Virus record (IMG/VR): IMGVR_UViG_3300007961_000315
Length of the DNA: 64,000 nt
Reading direction: 5' to 3' (one strand)
DNA from: an uncultured virus (IMG/VR IMGVR_UViG_3300007961_000315)
Lineage: Duplodnaviria > Heunggongvirae > Uroviricota > Caudoviricetes
A program made the position numbers and the translations under genes. Each line of letters opens with the position of its first letter. The first letter of the stretch is position 1. Below the pieces are notes generated by a model. It saw only the letters and a list, made by a program, of their open reading frames with translations, made no database searches and was not told the DNA's origin. Below, piece by piece: positions 29,679 to 38,413 of this stretch.

Positions 29679-30575
29679 TCATTTATCTCGCAGCATGGAC
29701 AGGTACATGTCCAGCCGCTCGTTGATATATCCGGCGAACAGTTTTTCCATGGCCGACAGGTCGTGCTTCAAATAGTAGGCGTCGAAAGCATTGTAATAGG
29801 CGAGCCGGTCTGTGAACTTGATATCGATAGGCGGAAACCCTGCCTTCATCAGTTCCAGATTGACCAGCAGACGCCCAGTACGCCCATTGCCGTCGATGAA
29901 GGGGTGGATACCCTCAAACTCGATGTGGAACCAGGCCAACTTGGTAACGATGTGTTCGGTGCTCTCTGCGAAGCTCGCCATAAGCTGTTCCATGCGAGGC
30001 TGGATCAGATAGGGCTGCACCGGCTCATGCTGCGCGCCCATGATACGCACGGGCACCCGACGATACATACCCCGGTCATCCTTCTTATCCGCCAGCACTA
30101 GGAAGTGGATCTGCTGAATGATGCGCTCAGACATGGGGGCCTGCTCCTGCACCAGTTCCCGAACATAGTCAAAGGCCTCCTTGTGGCCCACGGCTTCCAT
30201 GTGATCCTTCAGGGGCTTCCGGTCAATGGTCAGTCCCCGCAGGACCATATCAGTCTCCCGGAGAGTCAGGGTGTTGCCCTCAATGGCGTTGGAGTTGTAA
30301 GTGTACTCTACGGTGAACTCCTCTGTCAGCCGTGCCACCTCGCCCTCGGTCAGCGGACGGCGGGTATTCAGCTCGGCTTTCTTCCGGTCGATCATATCGA
30401 GCAGACTTTCGGTGGACTTGAACCGTCCGTCGGCGGGCTTCACGGCATCCGCGGGGATCTTCCACCCGCGCCCCTCCTGAAACGCACCGGGGATCTTCCC
30501 CTCGGCGCAGAGAATGCGGACGCGCCGGTCAGACAGACCCCATTTCTCCGCGGCCTGCTTTGCAGTCATAAACAT
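29679..30575 (-). CDS. HTH-Fic protein (class II Fic)
   Basis: N-terminal HTH (TAKQAAEKWGLSDRRVR), inhibitory SNAIEG motif, catalytic HPFIDGNGRTGR; RBS GGAGG. Confidence 0.9.
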   Translation of the reverse strand: MFMTAKQAAEKWGLSDRRVRILCAEGKIPGAFQEGRGWKIPADAVKPADGRFKSTESLLDMIDRKKAELNTRRPLTEGEVARLTEEFTVEYTYNSNAIEGNTLTLRETDMVLRGLTIDRKPLKDHMEAVGHKEAFDYVRELVQEQAPMSERIIQQIHFLVLADKKDDRGMYRRVPVRIMGAQHEPVQPYLIQPRMEQLMASFAESTEHIVTKLAWFHIEFEGIHPFIDGNGRTGRLLVNLELMKAGFPPIDIKFTDRLAYYNAFDAYYLKHDLSAMEKLFAGYINERLDMYLSMLRDK

Positions 30576-30613
30576 GAGCAACCCTCCAATCCACAGAAAG
30601 TATACCACAACAG

Positions 30614-30667
30614 CGGAATAATATCAATTGCATCGGAATAATATTTTTTGAATTATCGGAATAATAT
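30614..30667. repeat. CGGAATAATAT x3, probable operator of the HTH-Fic gene
   Basis: Copies at 30614, 30634 and 30657, directly upstream of the Fic start. Confidence 0.6.
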
Positions 30668-30844
30668 GTTTTCCGCCACAGGTGACCGTCCTGACCAACG
30701 CACAGTCAGAATGGTTGTCTTTTTGTTTGCTCAACAGGTGCACCGCGATAAACAAGGAAATGAGAAAAACTTTTTCGTGCTATTTCTAATTGCCTTTAAT
30801 CGTTTTCTCTCGATTTTATTTCCTTTCAAAGCATCTTTAACACT

Positions 30845-31574
30845 GTCAGCGGTGGTGGAGGTGCTGCGGGAGTATAAGAAAACCGTGGACTCCCGGTGGA
30901 TGTTCCCCTCCCCGGTGAAGGAGGACTGCCCCCTTACTCCTGGCGTGGTGCGGCGCAGGCTGCAGCTCATTCTGGAACACGCCGGGTGCAAGCATGTGAG
31001 GTTTCATGATCTGCGCCATACCTTTGCAACGCTGGCGCTGGAGAACGGCATGGACGTGAAGACCCTCTCCGCCATGCTGGGCCATGTGTCGGTGGCCACC
31101 ACGCTGGATATCTACACCCACATCACCGACGATATGCAGCGCATGGCCGCCGCCAATATCGACCGGGGTATCGGCAAGGCAGCACCGCAGGAGGCCGCTT
31201 CGGCACCGGGGCAGGAATCTGCCCCGGCCACGGAAGAAAAGCCGAGGATGACCGATTTCAAGCCCTACGTGGGCCGCAAACGCAAGCCCGGCACCGGCTG
31301 CATCACCGAGATCAACGACCACCTGTTCGAGGGCCGCTACTCGCCCAAGTGGCCCGATGGTAAAAAGCACTCCCGAAATGTCTACGCCCACACTCGTGAA
31401 GAGTGTGAAGAGAAGCTGAAGGTGCTAATCGTGGAAATGAAGGCTGAGATTGCAGAAGCACAACGGCTGAAGGATCTGGGAGAAGGGGATGGCAGTCCGC
31501 TGAACCCACCGAAGAAACTAAAAAAGGCAAAGAAAACGAAGAAGAAAAGCAAGAGCGCAAAGAAGCGGAAGTGA
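30845..31574 (+). pseudogene. 5'-truncated tyrosine integrase
   Basis: RFHDLRHTFAT, MLGH and DIYTH catalytic C-half; upstream sequence is AT-rich and non-homologous, no RBS. Confidence 0.8.
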
Positions 31575-31716
31575 AATAAGCGCCGCCCTGAGGACCGAAT
31601 GTTCGGCACCCGGGGCGGCATTCTTTTTGAAAAATAATTCATTATTCACTTGCGACTATAACAAGACAAGTGACATATTATTTGCCTCCGTATATTGTGG
31701 TTGTTCGGGATCAGCA

Positions 31717-31896
31717 TTACCGATAACCTTTGTGAGTTTTTTTGAATTCGCCGTACTCATCATCTGTGAGTTCAAGTATGGTACCGACATCGTCGCACAC
31801 GATGTGGACGGTTTCCATATCGTCATCGTGACAATACGGGCATCTGGAGTATTCGGACTCGTCGTAAACTTTGTCGCAGAATGGGCACATTTGCAT
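31717..31896 (-). CDS. Small zinc-ribbon protein
   Basis: CPFC..CPYC; RBS GGAGG. Confidence 0.6.
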   Translation of the reverse strand: MQMCPFCDKVYDESEYSRCPYCHDDDMETVHIVCDDVGTILELTDDEYGEFKKTHKGYR

Positions 31897-31931
31897 AATA
31901 AGTACCTCCCTGTTAATTGCTGGTTTTGTGT

Positions 31932-32141
31932 TTACAGGTCGTTTTCGGTTACTTTGAAACCACAGCTGGTGCATCCCCAATAGCCTTCACCGAAGGCGAA
32001 ATCACCGGTATCGTCGTGTCCGTGGAAATCCATCGTACTGCCGCAATGGGGGCAGTTGGGGTGATCGGAGTTGATGTCACTTTCCCAAGGATAATCAACT
32101 GCGTTTTTAAGAGCCTTCTTCCAGCCTCTCAAGTTTGCCAT
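31932..32141 (-). CDS. Small zinc-ribbon protein
   Basis: CPHC..CTSC; RBS AGGGG. Confidence 0.6.
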   Translation of the reverse strand: MANLRGWKKALKNAVDYPWESDINSDHPNCPHCGSTMDFHGHDDTGDFAFGEGYWGCTSCGFKVTENDL

Positions 32142-32155
32142 AATGTTTTCCCCCT

Positions 32156-32335
32156 TTAATCTCTGTTGATTACTTTCCCGATGATATCGAAAAATGTCCC
32201 TACTGAAGCTTTGCGATCCGCAAGTGCTTCTTCCAGCGTGGAATCACCGTATACGTCCTCAACCTGTTCGGGTGTCCATTTATCGCCGATTTCTTCCATT
32301 TCTTCGATGAATGTGTTGATGTCTTTCGTTTTCAT
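32156..32335 (-). CDS. Small acidic hypothetical protein
   Basis: RBS GGAGG; packed operon. Confidence 0.6.
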   Translation of the reverse strand: MKTKDINTFIEEMEEIGDKWTPEQVEDVYGDSTLEEALADRKASVGTFFDIIGKVINRD

Positions 32336-32353
32336 GATAATATCCTCCAAACT

Positions 32354-32563
32354 TTACTTTCTAAATGGTCTCGAAAAAACTTTTCCGCCCTCCTGAACAA
32401 GCTCTTCGGTGTGTTCAGAAATATATTCTGCAACTGGATACCACGCCTTCTTAAATACAAAACACAGTTGACCATCGATTTCTTTGGTAGGACAAGTGTA
32501 TCTTCTTCCGCCACTGGTGATTTGACACCATTTAAGAATTTTGTTTACTCCAAGCACTAACAT
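32354..32563 (-). CDS. Small hypothetical protein
   Basis: RBS AAGGAGG. Confidence 0.6.
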   Translation of the reverse strand: MLVLGVNKILKWCQITSGGRRYTCPTKEIDGQLCFVFKKAWYPVAEYISEHTEELVQEGGKVFSRPFRK

Positions 32564-32574
32564 GCCGCGCCTCC

Positions 32575-32796
32575 TTAACTAATGTGTTGTTTTAGCCAAT
32601 CAGGCATATCGTGGGCATCGAGGGCCCACGATTCAACAGCTTCCTCGTCTTCGTACCATTCGTTTTCGTGTCCATCGAATATTTTCTGACGGTGGCATCT
32701 GTATTTGACTACCTCTCCGCCTTCAATCCGGTACTCGTTCCAGTAGTAGTTTTGTTTGCCGTAACCTTTCCATTCCTGAGTGGTGTAAACTGTCAT
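32575..32796 (-). CDS. Small hypothetical protein
   Basis: RBS GGGAGG. Confidence 0.6.
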   Translation of the reverse strand: MTVYTTQEWKGYGKQNYYWNEYRIEGGEVVKYRCHRQKIFDGHENEWYEDEEAVESWALDAHDMPDWLKQHIS

Positions 32797-32810
32797 TTTG
32801 CTTTCCTCCC

Positions 32811-33014
32811 TTAAACAAACAGTGAGTGGACTTTTACGCCGAGGCAGTCAGACAGTACCGAAGCGCGGCGGGTAAGCATCTTGCGAAGCTTCCTGTGCTG
32901 ACGACTTGACATTTTCTTCGGGTGCTTCTTACAGAAGCGGTCGATAGAGGTCGATACACGGGACAGTCGTTTGAGTGATTTCTTGCTGGCCTTGCCAAGA
33001 TCTAAAAACTCCAT
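32811..33014 (-). CDS. Small basic hypothetical protein
   Basis: RBS AAAGGAAG; K/R-rich. Confidence 0.55.
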   Translation of the reverse strand: MEFLDLGKASKKSLKRLSRVSTSIDRFCKKHPKKMSSRQHRKLRKMLTRRASVLSDCLGVKVHSLFV

Positions 33015-33090
33015 AATTTACTTCCTTTCTTATTTCGTTATTTGTGTTTCCCTTGTTTATGGCTTAATTATAAGCCGTGAGTTCTTATGG

Positions 33091-33131
33091 AAAAATGACT
33101 ATAGGGGCAAAATAGAGTGGCTATTTTGCCC
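33091..33131 (-). promoter_or_regulatory. Operator-like inverted repeat GCAAAATAG..CTATTTTGC, copy 1
   Basis: AAAAATGACTATAGGGGCAAAATAGAGTGGCTATTTTGCCC; homologue at 34469-34510; TATAAT on minus strand downstream. Confidence 0.65.
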
Positions 33132-33138
33132 TTTTACG

Positions 33139-34212
33139 TTATGCGCGGCGGGTGGCAAGGCTCAACATTGCAGCTGCGCCGGAAACAAGTACACCGGCAA
33201 AGACGCTGGCAATCGCATATCGCGCGGTACGATCCTGCTTTTTCTGCTCCTGCGCAATTCGAGCGGTCTTGAGTTCGATGACCTTTGCTGCACGAGAACT
33301 GTTTTCATCGGTGGCTGCGGGAGCTTCCTCCGGCACATCCTGCAGTACAGACAGTGCTTCTGCAAGACTGCGGCGCACCTCATCGTAATTGAGTTCGGTC
33401 TTAAAGCGCTTTACATTGGACGCCATCTCGGAAAAAATCTCACCAAGCTGTGCCAGCTGATCTTCTTTGTAATAAGCACAGCCGAGGTAGTTCTCAATCT
33501 TTTTGTTGAGGCCGGTCCGGAAGCAATGCTTTTCGCGGCGGTATCTGTCGTCGATGCGAATGAACTGTCCCTTCGGGGCAGAGAATACGATGAAGCTGTC
33601 CACGAACACAGGGATATCCAAGCCCTTGTCTGCCAGTGCCTTTTTCAAGCACTTCTTCAGCAGTCTGCGTTTCAGCGCCATCTTGTCTGCCAGAGGCACC
33701 TTGTCATAGCACTCATCGCCAGCGAATACCATTCTTCCGTCTTCTGTGAGGGTGAGATCGGATTTAACCTTCTTTACCTCCAAGATGATAACACCGTTGT
33801 CCGTCAGCACGATGCCGTCAAGCTCGGTTTCTTCCATGCCGTCAGTAATATACACATTGTGGAACACCTGAGTATTGGGCCTATCCAAAAACTCGAGTGT
33901 TCTGGAAACGAGGCTTTCGCCTTTAGCGCCGGACATGGTAATGGCCATTTCCTTTGCAAGCTTCTTCATGGTAAGAACACCATTATGAACGGCAGGGTGG
34001 CTGCGGAGTTCCTTCTTTCTTGCGGTGGATTCCATAATGTACAGGGCTTCGTCGACACGCATTTTTTTGTGGTAGGCATCACCGGCGATCATTTTGCAAA
34101 TCATGCTCTGGAACTGCACGATTTCGGAAACGTATTCCTTGAACGTACACTCGCAGGTCATCAAGATGTTGCTGCTCTCCATTTCATGAATAAAATCTTC
34201 AGCTGTTTTCAT
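33139..34212 (-). CDS. NERD-domain (nuclease-related) protein with C-terminal hydrophobic segment
   Basis: GAKGE..FHNVYI..ELDGIVL..GVIILEVK. Confidence 0.75.
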   Translation of the reverse strand: MKTAEDFIHEMESSNILMTCECTFKEYVSEIVQFQSMICKMIAGDAYHKKMRVDEALYIMESTARKKELRSHPAVHNGVLTMKKLAKEMAITMSGAKGESLVSRTLEFLDRPNTQVFHNVYITDGMEETELDGIVLTDNGVIILEVKKVKSDLTLTEDGRMVFAGDECYDKVPLADKMALKRRLLKKCLKKALADKGLDIPVFVDSFIVFSAPKGQFIRIDDRYRREKHCFRTGLNKKIENYLGCAYYKEDQLAQLGEIFSEMASNVKRFKTELNYDEVRRSLAEALSVLQDVPEEAPAATDENSSRAAKVIELKTARIAQEQKKQDRTARYAIASVFAGVLVSGAAAMLSLATRRA

Positions 34213-34230
34213 AATAAAATCCCCTTTTTA

Positions 34231-34392
34231 TCAGTCGTTCTTCTCTATGGTTGTTGCCTGTGTTTTCGGCTTTTCTTTACTTTCGTTGGTGGCTACAAGC
34301 GAATAGCTGAGGCCAATTTGATTTGCGTAGCTTGCCTGGTTATCAATTTTCTGGATTAGGCGACTGGCGATAATGCGTTCTCTAACAGTCAT
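34231..34392 (-). CDS. 53-aa hypothetical protein (MTVRERIIASRL...)
   Basis: RBS AAAGGGGG; translated by hand, below the ORF-track cutoff. Confidence 0.5.
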   Translation of the reverse strand: MTVRERIIASRLIQKIDNQASYANQIGLSYSLVATNESKEKPKTQATTIEKND

Positions 34393-34468
34393 TTATGTCC
34401 CCCCTTTCTTCCTTGAAAAATGCTTGTTCCTTGTTTGTGCCTTAATAATACCTGAGGGGTCGCTAAGT

Positions 34469-34510
34469 AAAAATGACTGTAGGAGCAAAATAGAGAAGGC
34501 TATTTTTGCC
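34469..34510 (-). promoter_or_regulatory. Operator-like inverted repeat, copy 2
   Basis: AAAAATGACTGTAGGAGCAAAATAGAGAAGGCTATTTTTGCC. Confidence 0.6.
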
Positions 34511-34563
34511 GTCAGAGCATGAAAAAACACCCCAGCATTTCTGCTGAGGTGTCTGCGTCCCAA

Positions 34564-35085
34564 TTACTTATTATTGTGTTTCGTTCTAAACTTGTTATAT
34601 ACGTCGATATCAATTACACCGGTTGCAAGCATGCGTTCCGACCACAGTTGTAGCGTTTCTACGGTAATAGATATTTTCTCCAGTTCTTCTTGGATATGAA
34701 CGAAATCGGCGATTTCATCTTCCGTGATTTCTCCATCTGCCGTGATCTCAATCAAGCGATCCTGCGTTTTCCGCATTGCGTTGAGAGATGCCAGCATTTC
34801 AAGGACGATTTGAGAAAGGTCTTTTACCTTAACTTCCGGCACATATTCCTGCCCGATGGGGCACAGATTTGCACAGTAATGATTGCAGAGCCTCGGTACC
34901 TTGTACACGTCGGACATTGCCAAAACCTCATCCGGATGCGGAAGGGATTTCTCGTTCTCAATCTTCTCGATGCGTTCAGGTGAAATCCAGCCAAGCAGCT
35001 CGCTGGCCTTTTCTCTGGACAAGCCCATTTCTTCACGGCTTATCTGAAAATGTGTTTTATTCTCCTTTGTTGATACGCGCCCCAC
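34564..35085 (-). CDS. XRE-family HTH regulator
   Basis: REEMGLSREKASELL..ERIEKIENEKSLP; GTG start after AGGGGG. Confidence 0.8.
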   Translation of the reverse strand: MGRVSTKENKTHFQISREEMGLSREKASELLGWISPERIEKIENEKSLPHPDEVLAMSDVYKVPRLCNHYCANLCPIGQEYVPEVKVKDLSQIVLEMLASLNAMRKTQDRLIEITADGEITEDEIADFVHIQEELEKISITVETLQLWSERMLATGVIDIDVYNKFRTKHNNK

Positions 35086-35643
35086 AAATTTATCCCCCTG
35101 TACCAGTATACCGACGAAGAAAACCCGTCCTGCGACCTATTTTATCACAATTCGAGGTTTTTTCAATACGCGCCTCAACCGTTGTGTTTAGATTCCTTCG
35201 TTTCAAACTCTGCGCCGCAATAAACAAGGAATAAGAAAAAGCCTCTGAAATCACCGATTTCAGAGGCTTTTTGTCGTTGGCGGTTAAAATGGATATTTCC
35301 ATAAAGCGTTGCAGCGGAAAGCTTTTAAGGACGTTGAACTGCTGGAGACCGCAGAAAATTCTGTGTAATCGACAACCGTCGACAGTATGAAAATCATCGG
35401 CACAGTCAAGAATGGAACTAACATTCAAGACGAAGGAGTCGAAGATTATGAAGTCGGTACCACAGGATTTACTGAAGGAATATACACGACGAAGCTCTTC
35501 TTTTTCCTGCGAAATCTCAATTACATATTTGGACATAGTAAAACCTCCATACTACTGCTAAAAGCAGTTTAACATGGAGGTTTCAAAAAGAAAAAAGCCA
35601 CATCTCAGCCTTGGATCACAAGACTAAAATGTAGCTTTTAACA

Positions 35644-35718
35644 TGGTCAGAGTAGAGCGATTCGAACGCTCGGCCTCTTGAACCCGAAGCAGGCGCGCTA
35701 CCAACCGCGCTGCTCCCG
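35644..35718 (-). pseudogene. Chimeric/degenerate tRNA-Pro-like sequence (probable att remnant)
   Basis: GGTAG D-loop, CGG at anticodon position, intact T-arm GAGCG-TTCGAAT-CGCTC and CCA end; acceptor and anticodon stems do not pair. Confidence 0.6.
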
Positions 35719-35928
35719 GTTATTTAGTTGTTTCATCCGGCTGGTCGTATTCACCCAATACGTGTCTGAATCTTCAGTAGGCACTCTTTCGCCTTTTAGG
35801 ATTCAAATAAGATTGAATTCTGTATATTAAAAGAAACTACATCAGGATTCGCTCTAGAAGACCGATAGCTCTGCCGTAGAACAAAACGCGGGAATTGCGT
35901 TGCATAAACAAGGAATAAGCAGATTAAA

Positions 35929-36684
35929 TTATATGCACTCAATATGATGGTGCGCCATTATCAGCTCATCAGAAATGATTTGATATGCTCTTGCACTGTC
36001 CACATAAGACCAGGGAGAGCCAGAGCGATGCGTGAAATCAACAAGTGTGCCAGCAGTATACTTTCCATACTTCTGAATTGTCTGATCAATCGAGCGGAGC
36101 TTTTCAGCACCATCTTTTGCAAACAGAATACGGCTTCTTGCCGGTAATTCCTTTACGCCAGTTCGAACGTTGCTGTCATCGCCAAACTCTAATGGCTTAA
36201 CATATTGAGAACCACTTCGCTTGTAGGTTTCATAAACGCTATCAACAACAGGTCCATGTGTAAATGCATAGATTTGATCTTCAAATAAGCGTTCGGAGTG
36301 CTCACACAAATAATCAGCATATGCAAAATAGACGAGTTTTTCCAAAGACAGATGTGTGCATTTAATTTTAGAAAGAATATAGGTAGCCACATCCAAACCG
36401 ATCAAGACTCGGTCCTTTTTGATTATCTTTGTAAAGTCCGATACCGACTTGGTACACTCAACACTCTCGAAGAAAGGATCATACTCTGCGACAGAGTCCC
36501 AAGAGTCAGAGGGGATCTCAATGAGATGTGTTGACAGAGGAACATCCTTGCCGCAGATCTGCTTAATATCCTTGATGATATCTGCAATTGCTTCTCTGTT
36601 GAGCAAACCTTCCTCCGTGATATCCAGTGCGACACGAGTGCCGTCGGTGTATGAACTGCTCATAATAATATAGTGCTTAGCCAT
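35929..36684 (-). CDS. Panacea (SocA/DUF4065) antitoxin with N-terminal extension
   Basis: THLSLEKLVYFAY, IYAFTHGPVV, LVDFTH..SPW; start overlaps upstream gene end, RBS AAGGAGG. Confidence 0.8.
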   Translation of the reverse strand: MAKHYIIMSSSYTDGTRVALDITEEGLLNREAIADIIKDIKQICGKDVPLSTHLIEIPSDSWDSVAEYDPFFESVECTKSVSDFTKIIKKDRVLIGLDVATYILSKIKCTHLSLEKLVYFAYADYLCEHSERLFEDQIYAFTHGPVVDSVYETYKRSGSQYVKPLEFGDDSNVRTGVKELPARSRILFAKDGAEKLRSIDQTIQKYGKYTAGTLVDFTHRSGSPWSYVDSARAYQIISDELIMAHHHIECI

Positions 36685-37306
36685 CGATGATTCCTCCTTC
36701 CTTACTTTCTTTTTCCCATGTAGTATATTCTTGCTTATGTTTCTTATGAGACGCAAAATTACTGTCGGCATCACATTGGTTCCAAATTTGCAGTTCCCAT
36801 GGGAAGGACTGATTGTTTTTTCTGAAATAGATATGAACGGCCTTGTAGTCGAACTTAGATGAGTCGATACATCTATACTTACCTTGGTAAGTCTTCTCAA
36901 GAAAAGCATGAATTTCGTCAAAGGTCAACGGAGTTTCCAAAAAGATTCTAACGCCAAACAGCTCATTGACACACTTATTGATGGGGATCTTACCGAATTC
37001 ATGCCGTGAAGTCTTATAGTTTTGAATTTTGCACTCAATGGAGTTCTGCGCTTTTACTCGAGCCGTAACCTGACAAGCGCATACGAAAGAAAGCTGCAAG
37101 GTAATGCCCGCACTTCTTTCGTTCAAGAGTTGGACATATTCCATAATGCTCTTGTGTATACTTCCATCAACATCAATGTCTGCAATCTGAGATTTTTTCA
37201 GATTTATTTTTGCATTTGCACCGTGCATCCATTCATCTGTAACCTCGGTATATACTGACTGAATATAATCAATCAAGTCTTTAAGTTCATCAAAAACACT
37301 TCTCAT
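36677..37306 (-). CDS. Small alarmone synthetase (RelA/SpoT SYNTH), toxSAS-like
   Basis: RVKAQNSIECK, NELFGVRI, YKAVHIYF, PWELQIW. Confidence 0.75.
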   Translation of the reverse strand: MRSVFDELKDLIDYIQSVYTEVTDEWMHGANAKINLKKSQIADIDVDGSIHKSIMEYVQLLNERSAGITLQLSFVCACQVTARVKAQNSIECKIQNYKTSRHEFGKIPINKCVNELFGVRIFLETPLTFDEIHAFLEKTYQGKYRCIDSSKFDYKAVHIYFRKNNQSFPWELQIWNQCDADSNFASHKKHKQEYTTWEKESKEGGIIDG

Positions 37307-37667
37307 AGTATACTACCTCAATGATATTATATCTCCACTGTGCAAATTAGTCAATCAAGTAAGCGGAGGAGGCGAGCGATGTATGAATAACAATGACGAT
37401 ATACATCTCCGAAAGGATTTCTGATTTTTAGGTAGAGCGGAGTGCCTTAAAATGTAGGACAAACCTACGTACAGCTATTTGATAAGGAAAAACAAATCTT
37501 ATCAATATTTATTCACAAGTGTTAATAGAAATGGACTTGCCCTTTAATAGGAACATAATGTATAATAAATATATTGTGTGTCGAATACCGACGAAACACA
37601 ATAATATTATTAACATAGAAAATGACAGACGACTTTTCCCGATCAAGCGATACTCTGGGCCAATAAC

Positions 37668-37710
37668 TTGACACTCCCCACAGATAAAGCGAGGGGCTTT
37701 ACGGTGCTTT
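37668..37710. mobile_element. Orphan IS200/IS605 end hairpin (collapsed scar)
   Basis: TTGACACTCCCCAC matches the IS right end (59109); TAAAGCGAGGGGCTTTACG resembles the left end (60837). Confidence 0.6.
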
Positions 37711-37744
37711 TGGTAAAATGATTGAAACGAGGGAGCGAGGGCTG

Positions 37745-38286
37745 ATGAATATGTCCATATTGAATATTCAGCAAATTGAAGATTATAGAGATCATTTTCT
37801 GGAAGAAGAACACAGCATGTAAACCTTGAAAGGTATGTCCGGAATATTGGATTTTTTCAAATTTCTACTGGCAGATAAGACAATCAGTAGGGAAGCGGCT
37901 CCGGCCTATAAGCAGACGTCAAGGGAACGATACCGAGTGTCCAAGCGCCAACAGTATGTTACGGCGCTGAGTAGTTTTTTGAAATTCATCGGTCTGGGCG
38001 AATATCGGGTCAAACTGTTTTGAATGCAGCAAAAAACCTGTATGCCCAGTTGGTAAAAACCGCGCAGTCACAATATGACAAACGCCTCACCCTGTTCATT
38101 AAGGCAATCTGTGGCGTTGACAATCGGATGATTGAGCGTCGCTTCATCACACCAGAAGTTTTGTGGAAAGGGTACGCTCAGATCGCCAGTAAGGGTAAAA
38201 ATCATACGCTTATTTTGAAGAAAGAGCTCTGCCGTCTGTTTTGGCAGCGTTGCAGACGTAAAGGAATTTCCGTAGGCTGGTCTTAA
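37745..38286 (+). pseudogene. Fragmented tyrosine recombinase
   Basis: IEDYRDHFLEEEHS*, LSSFLKFIG, LFIKAICG..FITPE..KGKNH spread over frames with stops. Confidence 0.55.
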
Positions 38287-38413
38287 TCCATTGTAATGGA
38301 CACATGCTGAACAGGTCCAACATCTGGGCGCAGATAAAGCAACTGCGTGAGTCGGTCCAGATTGACTCATCAACAAGAAATTATTATTAAGCGAGGATCG
38401 GTAGGGAAGTATC

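Noticed and set aside
30648..30844. N-terminal part of the 308-aa integrase ORF
   Set aside because: AT-rich, non-homologous sequence that happens to be in frame; the integrase lacks its N-terminal domains and first catalytic Arg
32971..34359. Long antisense ORFs (462 aa here; also 1353-2486, 22575-23651, 27658-29067, 47720-49048, 55178-56122)
   Set aside because: Shadows of well-supported genes on the opposite strand, with no motifs or RBS
35644..35718. Functional tRNA-Pro(CGG)
   Set aside because: Acceptor and anticodon stems cannot pair
30746..35920. Recurrent ATAAACAAGGAA motif (about 30748, 35220, 35904; weaker at 6486)
   Set aside because: Lies near element junctions and could be a recombination site, but it is too short and A-rich to support without a statistical test
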